This document shows, in pieces, positions 18,906 to 27,553 of a stretch of DNA of 64,000 nt. The notes beneath the pieces are model-generated. The model was not told the origin of the DNA. It searched no databases and saw only the letters and a list, made by a program, of their open reading frames with translations. How positions within the stretch are numbered: position 1 is the first letter of the stretch; each line of letters begins with the position of its first letter. The translations under genes were made by a program, and so were the position numbers. The stretch comes from an uncultured SAR116 cluster alpha proteobacterium (GTDB taxonomy: Bacteria > Pseudomonadota > Alphaproteobacteria > Puniceispirillales > Puniceispirillaceae). The stretch is taken from NCBI GenBank assembly GCA_902578815.1, contig CACHEI010000002.1:61563-125562 (forward strand), given 5' to 3'.

Positions 18906-19358
18906 TTATGACCTTGAGGCCGTAGCCGCTGCCATACTTCTAGCCAATACCAGGAGTAGCCCAGCCACAAATTGCATCAGTGATATCTGAAGGACATTCA
19001 ACCCTGCGTAGCCTGTCCCAAAGACTATGGCGGAGGCTGTCAAGCTCATCTCGGATGGGTACAGGAACACTATTTGGTCTACCTCAACCTCCTGCACCAA
19101 TGAAAACCGAAGCTCTCTTATGTGGAAGACTTCCAGGCAGATGCTATCCAAGTAACGCTACAGCCTATCAGACAGAGCATGGGTAGATCGCTGCGCCTTG
19201 AGTGACAATCTCCTGTGCAGTGAAACGATCACGCCATCCTTGTTAAAACGAAAGCACACATTCGATGGAACGCAGCGAGAGATATAGAAAATACCATTAC
19301 GGCAAATAGGATAGGAATGATTTTGGATCAAAGTCTGGCTCACACTTCCCAACATCAA
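18906..19358 (-). pseudogene. N-terminal remnant of a second tyrosine recombinase
   Basis: Tracked ORFs 19158..19358 and 18906..19151 are in one frame, separated by a TAG. ICRNGIFYISRCVPSNV...VIVSLHRRLSLKAQRSTHALSDRL*RYLDSI parallels the N-terminus of the pseudogene at 14652 (HGFYYFSRLVPKAL...IVLALKTKQYRDAL...SKRLDDQW). No catalytic domain follows. Confidence 0.45.
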
Positions 19359-19543
19359 ACATTAAAATGGATAAAAATCGGGACTTGAACAACAAACCAT
19401 GGAAGAAATTGTGCCAACAGGCTAACTATCGGACGCTATCAAAATATTTCAGCGAGCGAACTTGGACGACTTTAAAAGATGAATCTGCAGGCATGTTGCA
19501 AGAAAGGTAAGTAGTGAGAGAGAGCGATATTTATTGTCAATAA

Positions 19544-20395
19544 CTACTCTGACTGTAAAGGCGAAGCTGCCGCGGTAGATGCCCCAGCCGGCTTCTGACT
19601 GGACTTACGACGACGGCGCTTTTTTGGCTTGACCTCTTCTGCTTCAGGCGCTCCGACAAACGAGGGGTTATAGATGCTTTTTGGGTCGAACTGGCGGCAG
19701 GTTTCCTGCACTTCCTTAACGGACCTGGCGGCAACAATCATCCACATTTGCCGCTGGCGCATTAAGTTAAAACTACGCTGAAGAGTTAGCTGCGATTGGC
19801 GAAAATACAGTGCCAAAAGAACAATGACAATAACGAACAGCATCCAGCTGACGGTTAATGTTACCGCGTATATCAGGATCACGGCCAGCAGAACCTCCCA
19901 CAAGCGGTTTTGGATCAACCAAATCGGTGAAGCAAATGTCGCCGCCATCGAAGGTTGGGTGTCGATAATCACACACTTTCGATTAATATCGCGCAGTACC
20001 TCAAAAATTCGGTATTCCTCTAACGGGGCAATGGTGGTTTCAGCCAACTTCTTGCTTGCAGCACTTGCAATTTCAGGTTTTGCATATTCGAAGGCACACC
20101 CAAGTGGCCCACGTGCGATCACATGAAACAGGCTTCCTTCTCGGAAAATCGTTAGAAAAATACCGGTCTGTGAATCACATTCAAAGATCTCATCAAGCAG
20201 CAGATCTATGTCACCATAAAAAGGCTTGCCATCGACGGCAACAATTACATCATCAGTTTCCAGGCGTAACGTGCGTGCTCTACAGATAGGCCTAATATCC
20301 TTGATTGCAAAAACACTGTTTTGCGGTTGCACAGCCGCATCAAGCGCCTGTGGAGTTTCTGCCGGGTTCAGCATGGATTTACTACCGCTGACCAA
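19544..20395 (-). CDS. hypothetical membrane protein
   Basis: 283-aa ORF with two central TM helices (WEVLLAVILIYAVTLTVSWMLFVIVIVLLALYF) and a basic C-terminal tail. No family assigned. Confidence 0.5.
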   Translation of the reverse strand: MVSGSKSMLNPAETPQALDAAVQPQNSVFAIKDIRPICRARTLRLETDDVIVAVDGKPFYGDIDLLLDEIFECDSQTGIFLTIFREGSLFHVIARGPLGCAFEYAKPEIASAASKKLAETTIAPLEEYRIFEVLRDINRKCVIIDTQPSMAATFASPIWLIQNRLWEVLLAVILIYAVTLTVSWMLFVIVIVLLALYFRQSQLTLQRSFNLMRQRQMWMIVAARSVKEVQETCRQFDPKSIYNPSFVGAPEAEEVKPKKRRRRKSSQKPAGASTAAASPLQSE

Positions 20396-20585
20396 TGCAA
20401 GGAGCCAGCCAATGCAACGAGCAAGCCGGTGCCAAACCCCATTTCATCGGGCGGTCTGTTGAAAAATCAGCCATGTTCACACTCCAAACCATACCCCTAT
20501 CCCGAATAAGCGACGTACATCACCATTAAGAAAGTAACATGATATCATTGACTCAACCATCTTTCCTCTGACCTAGTAGAAAACG

Positions 20586-21323
20586 TTAGGGGTAGCTGAC
20601 GCGGTTGTCACGTTCCTTGAACATTTCCCTAATCGCAGCGGTCTGGTCAGACAGCTCATTCAGTTCAATTAGCATATTTTTCTGATTCATTGCGATACCC
20701 TCAACGAATTTAGCGTTGGAGAAATCCTTTTTCATTGATGAAATTACTGACTCAGTGTGGGCCTCTGTGGACTCCATCTGTGCAATCATCTTGCGGGTCT
20801 GTGAGCCAAGCTCGCCAGCGATGCCCGTTGTGATGGCACCAGCAAGCGTCTCGTTGGACTGAACGACCTCATTAGTGGTTTCCTTGAGGCCTGCAATGAC
20901 CGCTTGATTCGTGCGAGCAATCACCTCACGCAACCCACCAAGCTCATTAATCAACGTTTCATTCTGGACAATCAGGGTCTGCTGTGCCTCCATAGCAGAC
21001 TTCATCCGATCGAGAGAGTCATTTACTGAATCAACATTTTCGGCAAAAACAACAAGCGCTTCGCGGCTAGTTGTTGTCATTGTGGTAAGGTCAGCCATCG
21101 TCCGGAAATATATCAGGCCCGCAAAGAGCAGCGCAGCAACCGCAGCCAACATGGAGCTGGCAAAAATTATTACAGTATAGCGGTGAACATTTTTCACGGA
21201 TGCCTCCAATTTTTTGTTGTCGCGTTTGACCTTGTTAAATTCTGATGTCACGTCTGTAGCTGCATCTGCAGCATCAAGGGCAATCTTGATACTTTCCTGC
21301 ACAGCATTATATTCTGCGCTCAT
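20586..21323 (-). CDS. hypothetical coiled-coil membrane protein
   Basis: Start MSAEYN at 21323 overlaps the upstream stop in an ATGA. One TM helix, then a long T/N/Q/E-rich helical region. Confidence 0.5.
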   Translation of the reverse strand: MSAEYNAVQESIKIALDAADAATDVTSEFNKVKRDNKKLEASVKNVHRYTVIIFASSMLAAVAALLFAGLIYFRTMADLTTMTTTSREALVVFAENVDSVNDSLDRMKSAMEAQQTLIVQNETLINELGGLREVIARTNQAVIAGLKETTNEVVQSNETLAGAITTGIAGELGSQTRKMIAQMESTEAHTESVISSMKKDFSNAKFVEGIAMNQKNMLIELNELSDQTAAIREMFKERDNRVSYP

Positions 21324-21547
21324 GCCTTTCTCCCATTCATTCCGGTCGAAGATCGACCCCGTCGTTGCAGACCCTTTGCCTGGTGGTAAGCACATTTCAT
21401 GCCAGTCGTGTCAAAAACAGTGCGTGAAGGTAAAAATTGCCCCTTGAACCCAAACTTTCTACAGCCATACGGCCGTGCCGGGTCATGTGTGATGAAATGA
21501 AACTGACATTCAAAACAATTTACCCGATTATCTAACATCTGAATCAT
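21320..21547 (-). CDS. small four-Cys protein (putative zinc-binding)
   Basis: 75-aa ORF with CFEC...GCRKFGFK...KC. Translationally coupled on both sides within the flhB operon tail. Confidence 0.45.
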   Translation of the reverse strand: MIQMLDNRVNCFECQFHFITHDPARPYGCRKFGFKGQFLPSRTVFDTTGMKCAYHQAKGLQRRGRSSTGMNGRKA

Positions 21548-21770
21548 CCCTTATCCGCATCACCAGATCAGCGATGATAAAACGTGCGCCAGCTGAAACA
21601 CAGGTAAAGCCGGCAAGACCAACTGCGATACATTTTAGGAGTGGAGCACCCTCTTCATAGAGCAGCATCGCCTCAAGAATGGCATAGATGCCAAGACCAT
21701 AAAAGCTAGCGCTACTGATCATCTCGCCAAGGCTGCGTTCCTTGCGACGCTTTACAGGAACCATCATCAT
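21528..21770 (-). CDS. small membrane protein
   Basis: 80-aa ORF with two hydrophobic helices. Its start overlaps the flhB stop by 4 nt. Confidence 0.45.
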   Translation of the reverse strand: MMMVPVKRRKERSLGEMISSASFYGLGIYAILEAMLLYEEGAPLLKCIAVGLAGFTCVSAGARFIIADLVMRIRDDSDVR

Positions 21771-22921
21771 CCGTCTCCTTCAGGACGGCCATTTTCATCA
21801 AACCGCAATTCTGGCGGTAAGCTGATTTCTGGCTCTTCAAGTACTTCGCCCCTGTCAACACGATAGACATAGGCCAGAATTATGGCCACAGCATTATACA
21901 ATCCTTCAGAGATTTCCGCACCCAAATCACTGGTGAAATAGAGCGCACGCGCTAGCAATGGAATCCGTAGCACCCGCACCCTAGCAATAGTTGCACGCTC
22001 GATAATCTGCTCCGCCATCTTGCCCTTGCCCATCGCCACAACAGTTGGCGCACCCGTCTCACCAGCCACATATTTGAGCGCCACAGCAAAATGGGTCGGG
22101 TTAGTGATCACAGTCGTTGCTGACGCGACATTGTCAAGCGCCTCGCGCTGACGACCACTCTCAGTTGCCTGCTGCATCTGCATGCGTCGGATCTTTGCCT
22201 TGACCTCGGGTGAGCCCTCAGTTTGTTTGAATTCATCCTTCACCTCTTTCAACGTCATTTTCAACGATTTTATATGAGTGTGACGCTGCCAAGCATAATC
22301 AATGGCGGCGATTATCATCAGTGCGACAAGCATAGCACCGATCATCAGCGGAAAGACCCTACCAATCTTGCCAAGCGCCACGCCAAGCGTGCTGTTGGTC
22401 AGATATACAATACCCGGCAGATGCAAGTAGATCACCCAGGCGCCAATGCCAAATAGCGACGCAACCTTGAGTATTGCCTTACCAAGCTCAACCAACCCCT
22501 TCATCGAAAACATCCGCTTGAGTCCGGACAGCAAATTGATCCGATTACCCTTGAACTCCATTGATTTGGGCGCAAAATTAATGCCGCCAACCGCAGCCTG
22601 GGTCGCTAATGAGACAAGCAGCAGTGGAATGCCAAGGACCAACGTGGTCAAAATCACCAGGTAAAACCCATGTTTGAGCTTGCCAAGACCAAAGCTACGG
22701 ATGTCGGTAGCAGTGTCAAAAACGAATAACCTTCCCCAAACATCGAGAATTTGCGGGACGAGTTGGGTTGACGCAAGAAGCATCGCAAGGCCCATACCTA
22801 CACTGGTAAAGACGAACATCTCCTTCGAGGTCAGAACCTTTCCGTCCTCTGCAGCCTTGTCAAGCTTTCGTTGGGAAGGTTCTTCGGTCTTTTCCTGACC
22901 ATCTTCATTTTCCTCAGCCAC
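21767..22921 (-). CDS. flhB: flagellar export apparatus switch protein FlhB
   Basis: N-terminus EKTEEPSQRKLDKAAEDGKVLTSKE, four TM helices, and the autocleavage site NPTHFAVAL. Confidence 0.95.
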   Translation of the reverse strand: MAEENEDGQEKTEEPSQRKLDKAAEDGKVLTSKEMFVFTSVGMGLAMLLASTQLVPQILDVWGRLFVFDTATDIRSFGLGKLKHGFYLVILTTLVLGIPLLLVSLATQAAVGGINFAPKSMEFKGNRINLLSGLKRMFSMKGLVELGKAILKVASLFGIGAWVIYLHLPGIVYLTNSTLGVALGKIGRVFPLMIGAMLVALMIIAAIDYAWQRHTHIKSLKMTLKEVKDEFKQTEGSPEVKAKIRRMQMQQATESGRQREALDNVASATTVITNPTHFAVALKYVAGETGAPTVVAMGKGKMAEQIIERATIARVRVLRIPLLARALYFTSDLGAEISEGLYNAVAIILAYVYRVDRGEVLEEPEISLPPELRFDENGRPEGDG

Positions 22922-23735
22922 CAGGCATCTCCAAAATCATGGTTTGTAAATTGGCAAGTGAGTCATCGATCAATTGGGCCATGCTGTCGCCCATAGCGCC
23001 TGCCGATAAATAAAGCAGCAGGAACACGGCAAGGAGAGAGATGGGAAAGCCAAAGGAGAACAGATTTAGCTGCGGTGCGGATTTGGTAATGATGCCTATG
23101 GCAACATTAATCATCAGCAGGACCATGGCAATAGGAAGCATTATGATGGTCGCAGCAACAAACATGATGCCTGCAGCATTAATCCCGGCGCCAATCAGAA
23201 CCTGCGGTGCCAAAGAACCACCAATGGGTAGAATGCGGTAGGATTCCATGATTGTCGCTAGCGCGATCAGATGACCGTCTAGTGAGAGAAACAGAACAGT
23301 CAGAAACAAATAGAGCGTCTGGCTGACGACCGGGGTTTGGCCACCGGTCTGCGGGTCAACCTGAGCCGCAAAGCCAAGACCGGCGGAGGCAGCTATTTTC
23401 TCACCAGCCAACATCACAGAGGAAAACCAGATGCTCAGGACAAGTCCAGCCGTCAAGCCAATGGCCACCTCAACCATCATCATCATGACGCCTGCGGCGG
23501 TGGATATTATTGTCGGATCAATAGAGGGCACTTGCACCGCAACTATAGTGGTTATCGTGAGAGCAAGAATGATGCGCACCTGTAACGGCAACCAACGTGC
23601 GCCAAACAACGGCGCCGCAATGATAAAAGAACCAATGCGTAAGCTTGCCATGAAATACTGCAAAAGCATCGTAATCACCAGATTGAGTTCAAGCCCAGGT
23701 AATCCTGTCATTGATGGTGTGGCAAGTCCCAGCAT
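22914..23735 (-). CDS. fliR: flagellar export apparatus protein FliR
   Basis: ATG at 23735, just after the fliQ stop. Polytopic protein. FMASLRIGSFIIAAPLFG is typical of the FliR N-terminus. Confidence 0.9.
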   Translation of the reverse strand: MLGLATPSMTGLPGLELNLVITMLLQYFMASLRIGSFIIAAPLFGARWLPLQVRIILALTITTIVAVQVPSIDPTIISTAAGVMMMMVEVAIGLTAGLVLSIWFSSVMLAGEKIAASAGLGFAAQVDPQTGGQTPVVSQTLYLFLTVLFLSLDGHLIALATIMESYRILPIGGSLAPQVLIGAGINAAGIMFVAATIIMLPIAMVLLMINVAIGIITKSAPQLNLFSFGFPISLLAVFLLLYLSAGAMGDSMAQLIDDSLANLQTMILEMPGG

Positions 23736-23742
23736 TATCTGA

Positions 23743-24009
23743 TCATCCAATCCGCGTAATTTGGTCGAAGATAAAGGCGAAATAATCTGACAACTGAGTA
23801 AGCATGAAGGTCGAGAGAAGACCAAAGGTCATAACGACAATCACCAGCTTTGGCACAAAACTGAGAGTCATCTCATTGATCGAGGTTGCCGCCTGGATGA
23901 TACCGATTACCAAACCGACAATCAGCGCCACCGCGAGCAAGGGACCGGCGGCAAGGATGATTTGCCAGAAGGCAATCCTGAGAAATTCAACATTCGCATC
24001 AAAACCCAT
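23743..24009 (-). CDS. fliQ: flagellar export apparatus protein FliQ
   Basis: 88 aa, two TM helices, AIQAATSINEMTLSFVPKL motif, located between fliP and fliR. Confidence 0.95.
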   Translation of the reverse strand: MGFDANVEFLRIAFWQIILAAGPLLAVALIVGLVIGIIQAATSINEMTLSFVPKLVIVVMTFGLLSTFMLTQLSDYFAFIFDQITRIG

Positions 24010-24049
24010 TTAGAGAATCCTCCGAAAAGACTGCTTGTTGTTTCCGGCG

Positions 24050-24817
24050 TCAGCCGCCGGTATAGGTAGCCACGAGCGAACCCACAGTCATGGCCCATCC
24101 GTCAACAAGGACGAAAAGAAGAAGTTTGAAGGGCAGTGAGACCAGCATTGGGCTCAGCATCATCATACCAAGAGACATGAGAATTGAGGCAATCACCATG
24201 TCGATCACTAGAAACGGCAGAAACAGTAGAAAGCCTATCTGAAAGGCAGTTTTTAACTCGGAGGTGATGAATGCCGGCAGCAGCACCGTTAATGGTACAT
24301 CCTCAGGTGACGCATAAGGCTCGTCACCAGCCATTTCAGTGAACATCACAAGGTCATTTACCCGTGTGTTATTAACCAGAAAATCCTTTATCACGTTGGC
24401 AGCATTAACCAGCGCTGTATCCGCTGGCATCAATCCGTCGAGGTAAGGCGAAATCACCGAACTGTTTATTTCGGTGAAGGTGGGCGCCATGATAAACATT
24501 GTTAGGAACAGGGCAATCGCCACCAGCACCTGGTTTGGTGGTGTCTGTTGGGTTCCCATTGCCTGGCGAAGAATCGACAGAACGATGATGATGCGGGTGA
24601 AGGAGGTCATGCCAAGGACAAGCGACGGCAGAACCGTCAGGCCCGTCATCAACGCTAGTATCTGCAGCGAAAGCGAATAGGTGGAGCCGCCATCTGCATC
24701 ACTGGCAACATTGAATGCGGGAATGCCGGCTGCTATATCCTGGGCAAGGGCAGGATCTGCAAACAGGCCTGCCAGCAGCGGAAGGCCGCCCAAAGTGAGC
24801 AGGAAAAAGCGGGTCAT
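24050..24817 (-). CDS. fliP: flagellar export apparatus protein FliP
   Basis: Signal peptide plus SFTRIIIVLSILRQAMGTQQTPPNQVLVAIALFLTMFIMAP and the C-terminal FLLFLPFLVIDMVIASILMSLGMMMLSP. Confidence 0.95.
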   Translation of the reverse strand: MTRFFLLTLGGLPLLAGLFADPALAQDIAAGIPAFNVASDADGGSTYSLSLQILALMTGLTVLPSLVLGMTSFTRIIIVLSILRQAMGTQQTPPNQVLVAIALFLTMFIMAPTFTEINSSVISPYLDGLMPADTALVNAANVIKDFLVNNTRVNDLVMFTEMAGDEPYASPEDVPLTVLLPAFITSELKTAFQIGFLLFLPFLVIDMVIASILMSLGMMMLSPMLVSLPFKLLLFVLVDGWAMTVGSLVATYTGG

Positions 24818-25305
24818 TTGTCGAGCCTTAAAGATGGATTGCGCTTGCGCGCCTCGGCAATGGCACTGGCAATCTGGTCAACATTTGCCGTACTACAACT
24901 CCGGTCTACCGATGAAGGTGCACCGCCGGCAAGCCGGGTTGCAGGCGGTTTAGATAATTTCTGTGATTTTGGTGACGCGGGCTTCTGTGTTGGCTTTTGG
25001 ATATCCGAAAGCGTCATTGGCCCGTCTGCAGTGCCGGTGCTGACTGTGCCCTTAACCACAACAACCGTTGCCGCATGGCCCTTGCCAGAATGGATCATAA
25101 AAGTCTGGCCATCAACCTCAATAAGGTGCAACCGCTGGTGTGGCGTCAGCGCCATGTCCTCGATGTAGCGCATGCGCTTCGTGCGATGAATATGTTTGGA
25201 CAATCCCCCGCGAAAGCGTCGGACAATGAAAGCCACCACCATCAAGAGCAGCAGAAAGGCAACCATAATGATTATTTGATAGGGCTGGATCGCATCCACA
25301 GGCAT
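24814..25305 (-). CDS. fliO: flagellar protein FliO
   Basis: Single N-terminal TM helix followed by RLHLIEVDGQTFMIHSGKG. Located between fliN and fliP. ATG 25305, with a GGAG upstream, is preferred over GTG 25320 given the promoter at 25342..25357. Confidence 0.65.
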   Translation of the reverse strand: MPVDAIQPYQIIIMVAFLLLLMVVAFIVRRFRGGLSKHIHRTKRMRYIEDMALTPHQRLHLIEVDGQTFMIHSGKGHAATVVVVKGTVSTGTADGPMTLSDIQKPTQKPASPKSQKLSKPPATRLAGGAPSSVDRSCSTANVDQIASAIAEARKRNPSLRLDK

Positions 25306-25341
25306 TAGAAACTCCGTCACAAGAACTCATACCCGATACAA

Positions 25342-25357
25342 GGCAAGGGACGTGCCA
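25342..25357 (-). promoter_or_regulatory. candidate sigma-54 promoter upstream of fliO-fliPQR-flhB
   Basis: The minus strand reads TGGCACGTCCCTTGCC (GG-N10-GC, close to the consensus TGGCACG-N4-TTGC). Confidence 0.65.
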
Positions 25358-25512
25358 GCAATGCCACACCTCTTGAAAAAATTTGGATCTATCTGTTCTT
25401 AAATGACTTTTTTTATCAGTTTCTACCCACCAAATGGTCTAATTAATGTCTAGCACAGAACTCTACGGGCAATGAGCTAAGGTAAGCGGTCTTGTGTCGA
25501 AAAAATGACAGA

Positions 25513-25857
25513 CTATAAGGATTCGACCCGGTCCTCGGGTGATACTATCTCAGAAAAGCGAATGCCAAAACGCTCGCCGACCATGACGACCTCACCTTTG
25601 GCAATCATCGTGCCATTCGCCAGGATGTCTAACGGATCACCGGCGAGGCGATCCAACTCGATCACCGATCCCTCATTAAGCCGCAAGAGGTCACGAATTT
25701 TGATCTGTGCGCTGCCAACTTCAACGGTGAGAACGACGTCGATATTTTCCAGCAAACGCATGTTGTCCATGCTGGTCCGCTCTGAGTCCGGATGCTTTTC
25801 CTCAGCGCTCACATCTGCTTCGGTATCTTCAGCCATCGGTCTTCCTTTCCATTCCAC
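25513..25857 (-). CDS. fliN: flagellar motor switch protein FliN
   Basis: IDVVLTVEVGSAQIKIRDLLRLNEGSVIELDRLAGDPLDILANGTMIAKGEVVMVGERFGIR is a SpoA/FliN domain. Confidence 0.9.
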   Translation of the reverse strand: MEWKGRPMAEDTEADVSAEEKHPDSERTSMDNMRLLENIDVVLTVEVGSAQIKIRDLLRLNEGSVIELDRLAGDPLDILANGTMIAKGEVVMVGERFGIRFSEIVSPEDRVESL

Positions 25858-25909
25858 CGCCGTTCTGGCGGGTGTTTTCTAGTCCCTCTCAAGAGGCGAG
25901 CGACCTTAT

Positions 25910-26881
25910 CTATTCGCTGCGGCGGTCCGTCAAGCTGATTGCCGCCTGACCACCAACTTCTCCCAGCTCACCATTATAGAATGGCAGCTTTTCAATCAGA
26001 ATTTCGACACCCTCGCCAATTTCAATTGGAAACACGTCGCCTTCCTTCAGGCGGATAAGTTTATTCATCGAAACAGTCGGCTCACTTAAGCGTGCAATAA
26101 CGTCCAGCGGGATCTCAAGAACTGCACGCTCCATCCGTTCGCGCCAGGATTGATTATCATTCGCTTTATCGGTCTGCACACGGGAGCGGAGAAGTGAGGC
26201 GATTGGTTTGAGCGTCTGCAACGGATAGATGATGTCAAAACTGGCGGCATCAATATCAGGCAACTGCACAACAAAGGAGCAGATGATGACAAGGTCACCG
26301 CCGTCAACGAATGAAGCAAATTGAGGGTTTACCTCACGGCTGCTATGTTGGATGCTTATTTCCATGAGATCCCGCCAAGCCACTTCTAGCGTTTCGTTGA
26401 GGCCGTTACTAATAATTTCGATGATCCGCTCTTCAGTCGCTGTGAATTCAGCGCGAGTTGTTGCTAGCGGCTTAATTTTGCCGCCGTAATAAGAGTTGGT
26501 CAGTACCGAAATAAAGGTAGGCGATAGCACGACAAGCATACTGCCACGCAGCTCCTCGATCCGGCTTATATTCAAGCTCATGAAATTCTCGATACCAGCG
26601 GTATATTCATCAAATGTTTTGACTTCAGGCGGAAAAGAGGAGATTCTCGGCTGAATGCGCAGCATAGGCAGAAACACTTGACGAGCCATGCGGGCGAAGC
26701 GTTCATTGATCATGCGTAGCGCATAATAATCACCAAGAAGCGACAGATCATCCGAGCCAAACTGAAAAGGCCGGACATCCTTGTCCTCAGCTGAGGCCGC
26801 AGAGGTGTCACTGCTGTCCTCACTTAATCCTTCGATTAAGGCGTTGACTTCATCACTGCTCAATTTACGCGTTGATGCCAC
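25910..26881 (-). CDS. fliM: flagellar motor switch protein FliM
   Basis: N-terminal CheY-P-binding-like LSSDEVNALIEGL, the FliM middle domain, and a C-terminal SpoA-like domain. Confidence 0.9.
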   Translation of the reverse strand: MASTRKLSSDEVNALIEGLSEDSSDTSAASAEDKDVRPFQFGSDDLSLLGDYYALRMINERFARMARQVFLPMLRIQPRISSFPPEVKTFDEYTAGIENFMSLNISRIEELRGSMLVVLSPTFISVLTNSYYGGKIKPLATTRAEFTATEERIIEIISNGLNETLEVAWRDLMEISIQHSSREVNPQFASFVDGGDLVIICSFVVQLPDIDAASFDIIYPLQTLKPIASLLRSRVQTDKANDNQSWRERMERAVLEIPLDVIARLSEPTVSMNKLIRLKEGDVFPIEIGEGVEILIEKLPFYNGELGEVGGQAAISLTDRRSE

Positions 26882-26950
26882 AATCCCTCCTTTTCATCAC
26901 CAAATACCCATCCGGTCTAGCAAAAGTCTAAACAACCAGCAGACCCCACG

Positions 26951-27526
26951 CTATTGCAACACAAACGAGGTGAAGTGAACCTCTTCCACGCCGCCAAAGC
27001 CTTCAAGGTCCTCTAGCTTAACATTTATCCCAACTCGCAGGGCCGCAGAAAGAGCATCACGGCCAGCTTGCCCTTTAACATCCTCCTCGGTGAATTCGGA
27101 AATCACGCCGAGAATAACCGACCGTAGAGCCAGTTGATGCGCCTCAACATTGGCCATCACAGTGTCATCATACTGGGTGGAAACGCCAACGCCGATTTGC
27201 AGCATTTTTCGCGAGCCTTGTAGGTTGGTTGTGAATGTCCCCGGGAACTCATGATAGATCGTGGCAAACACTTCCGCGTTGGGCGAATCCTTGGACTGCT
27301 TCTGCGGCGTTGCATTATCAGCAGCTTTTTCAGCCTCCTCAGCTTCTTTCATCTTGCGCTCAATGATTTCCTCAATCTGCTCAGATGGGTCTGGCTGGGT
27401 TGAACCAAATACCACATAACCAATGCCCAAGCCGATGGCAATCAGTAAAAAACCACCACCACCAAAGATCAAGATCTTCTTTATCAGACCGCCTTTGCCA
27501 CCCTCTTCTCCATCGTTTTCAGCCAT
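26951..27526 (-). CDS. fliL: flagellar basal-body-associated protein FliL
   Basis: Single N-terminal TM helix. The C-terminal FTTNLQGSRKMLQIGVGVSTQYD...VISEFTEEDVKGQAGRDAL follows the FliL pattern. Located upstream of fliM. Confidence 0.8.
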   Translation of the reverse strand: MAENDGEEGGKGGLIKKILIFGGGGFLLIAIGLGIGYVVFGSTQPDPSEQIEEIIERKMKEAEEAEKAADNATPQKQSKDSPNAEVFATIYHEFPGTFTTNLQGSRKMLQIGVGVSTQYDDTVMANVEAHQLALRSVILGVISEFTEEDVKGQAGRDALSAALRVGINVKLEDLEGFGGVEEVHFTSFVLQ

Positions 27527-27553
27527 TGTCGATTCCTCTTTTAGACAAATTCA

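Larger units (their letters stand above)
11200..19500. mobile_element. AT-rich accessory island interrupting the flagellar locus
   Basis: By eye it is more AT-rich than the flanking motB and flhB regions. It holds two TPR-methyltransferase genes, two decayed tyrosine-recombinase genes and nested inverted repeats. Boundaries are approximate. Confidence 0.45.

Noticed and set aside
20421-20434. TGGCACCGGCTTGC on the minus strand, upstream of the 283-aa membrane ORF.
   Set aside because: The GG to GC spacing is 9 nt rather than 10, and spacing at sigma-54 promoters is normally strict. I did not call it a promoter.
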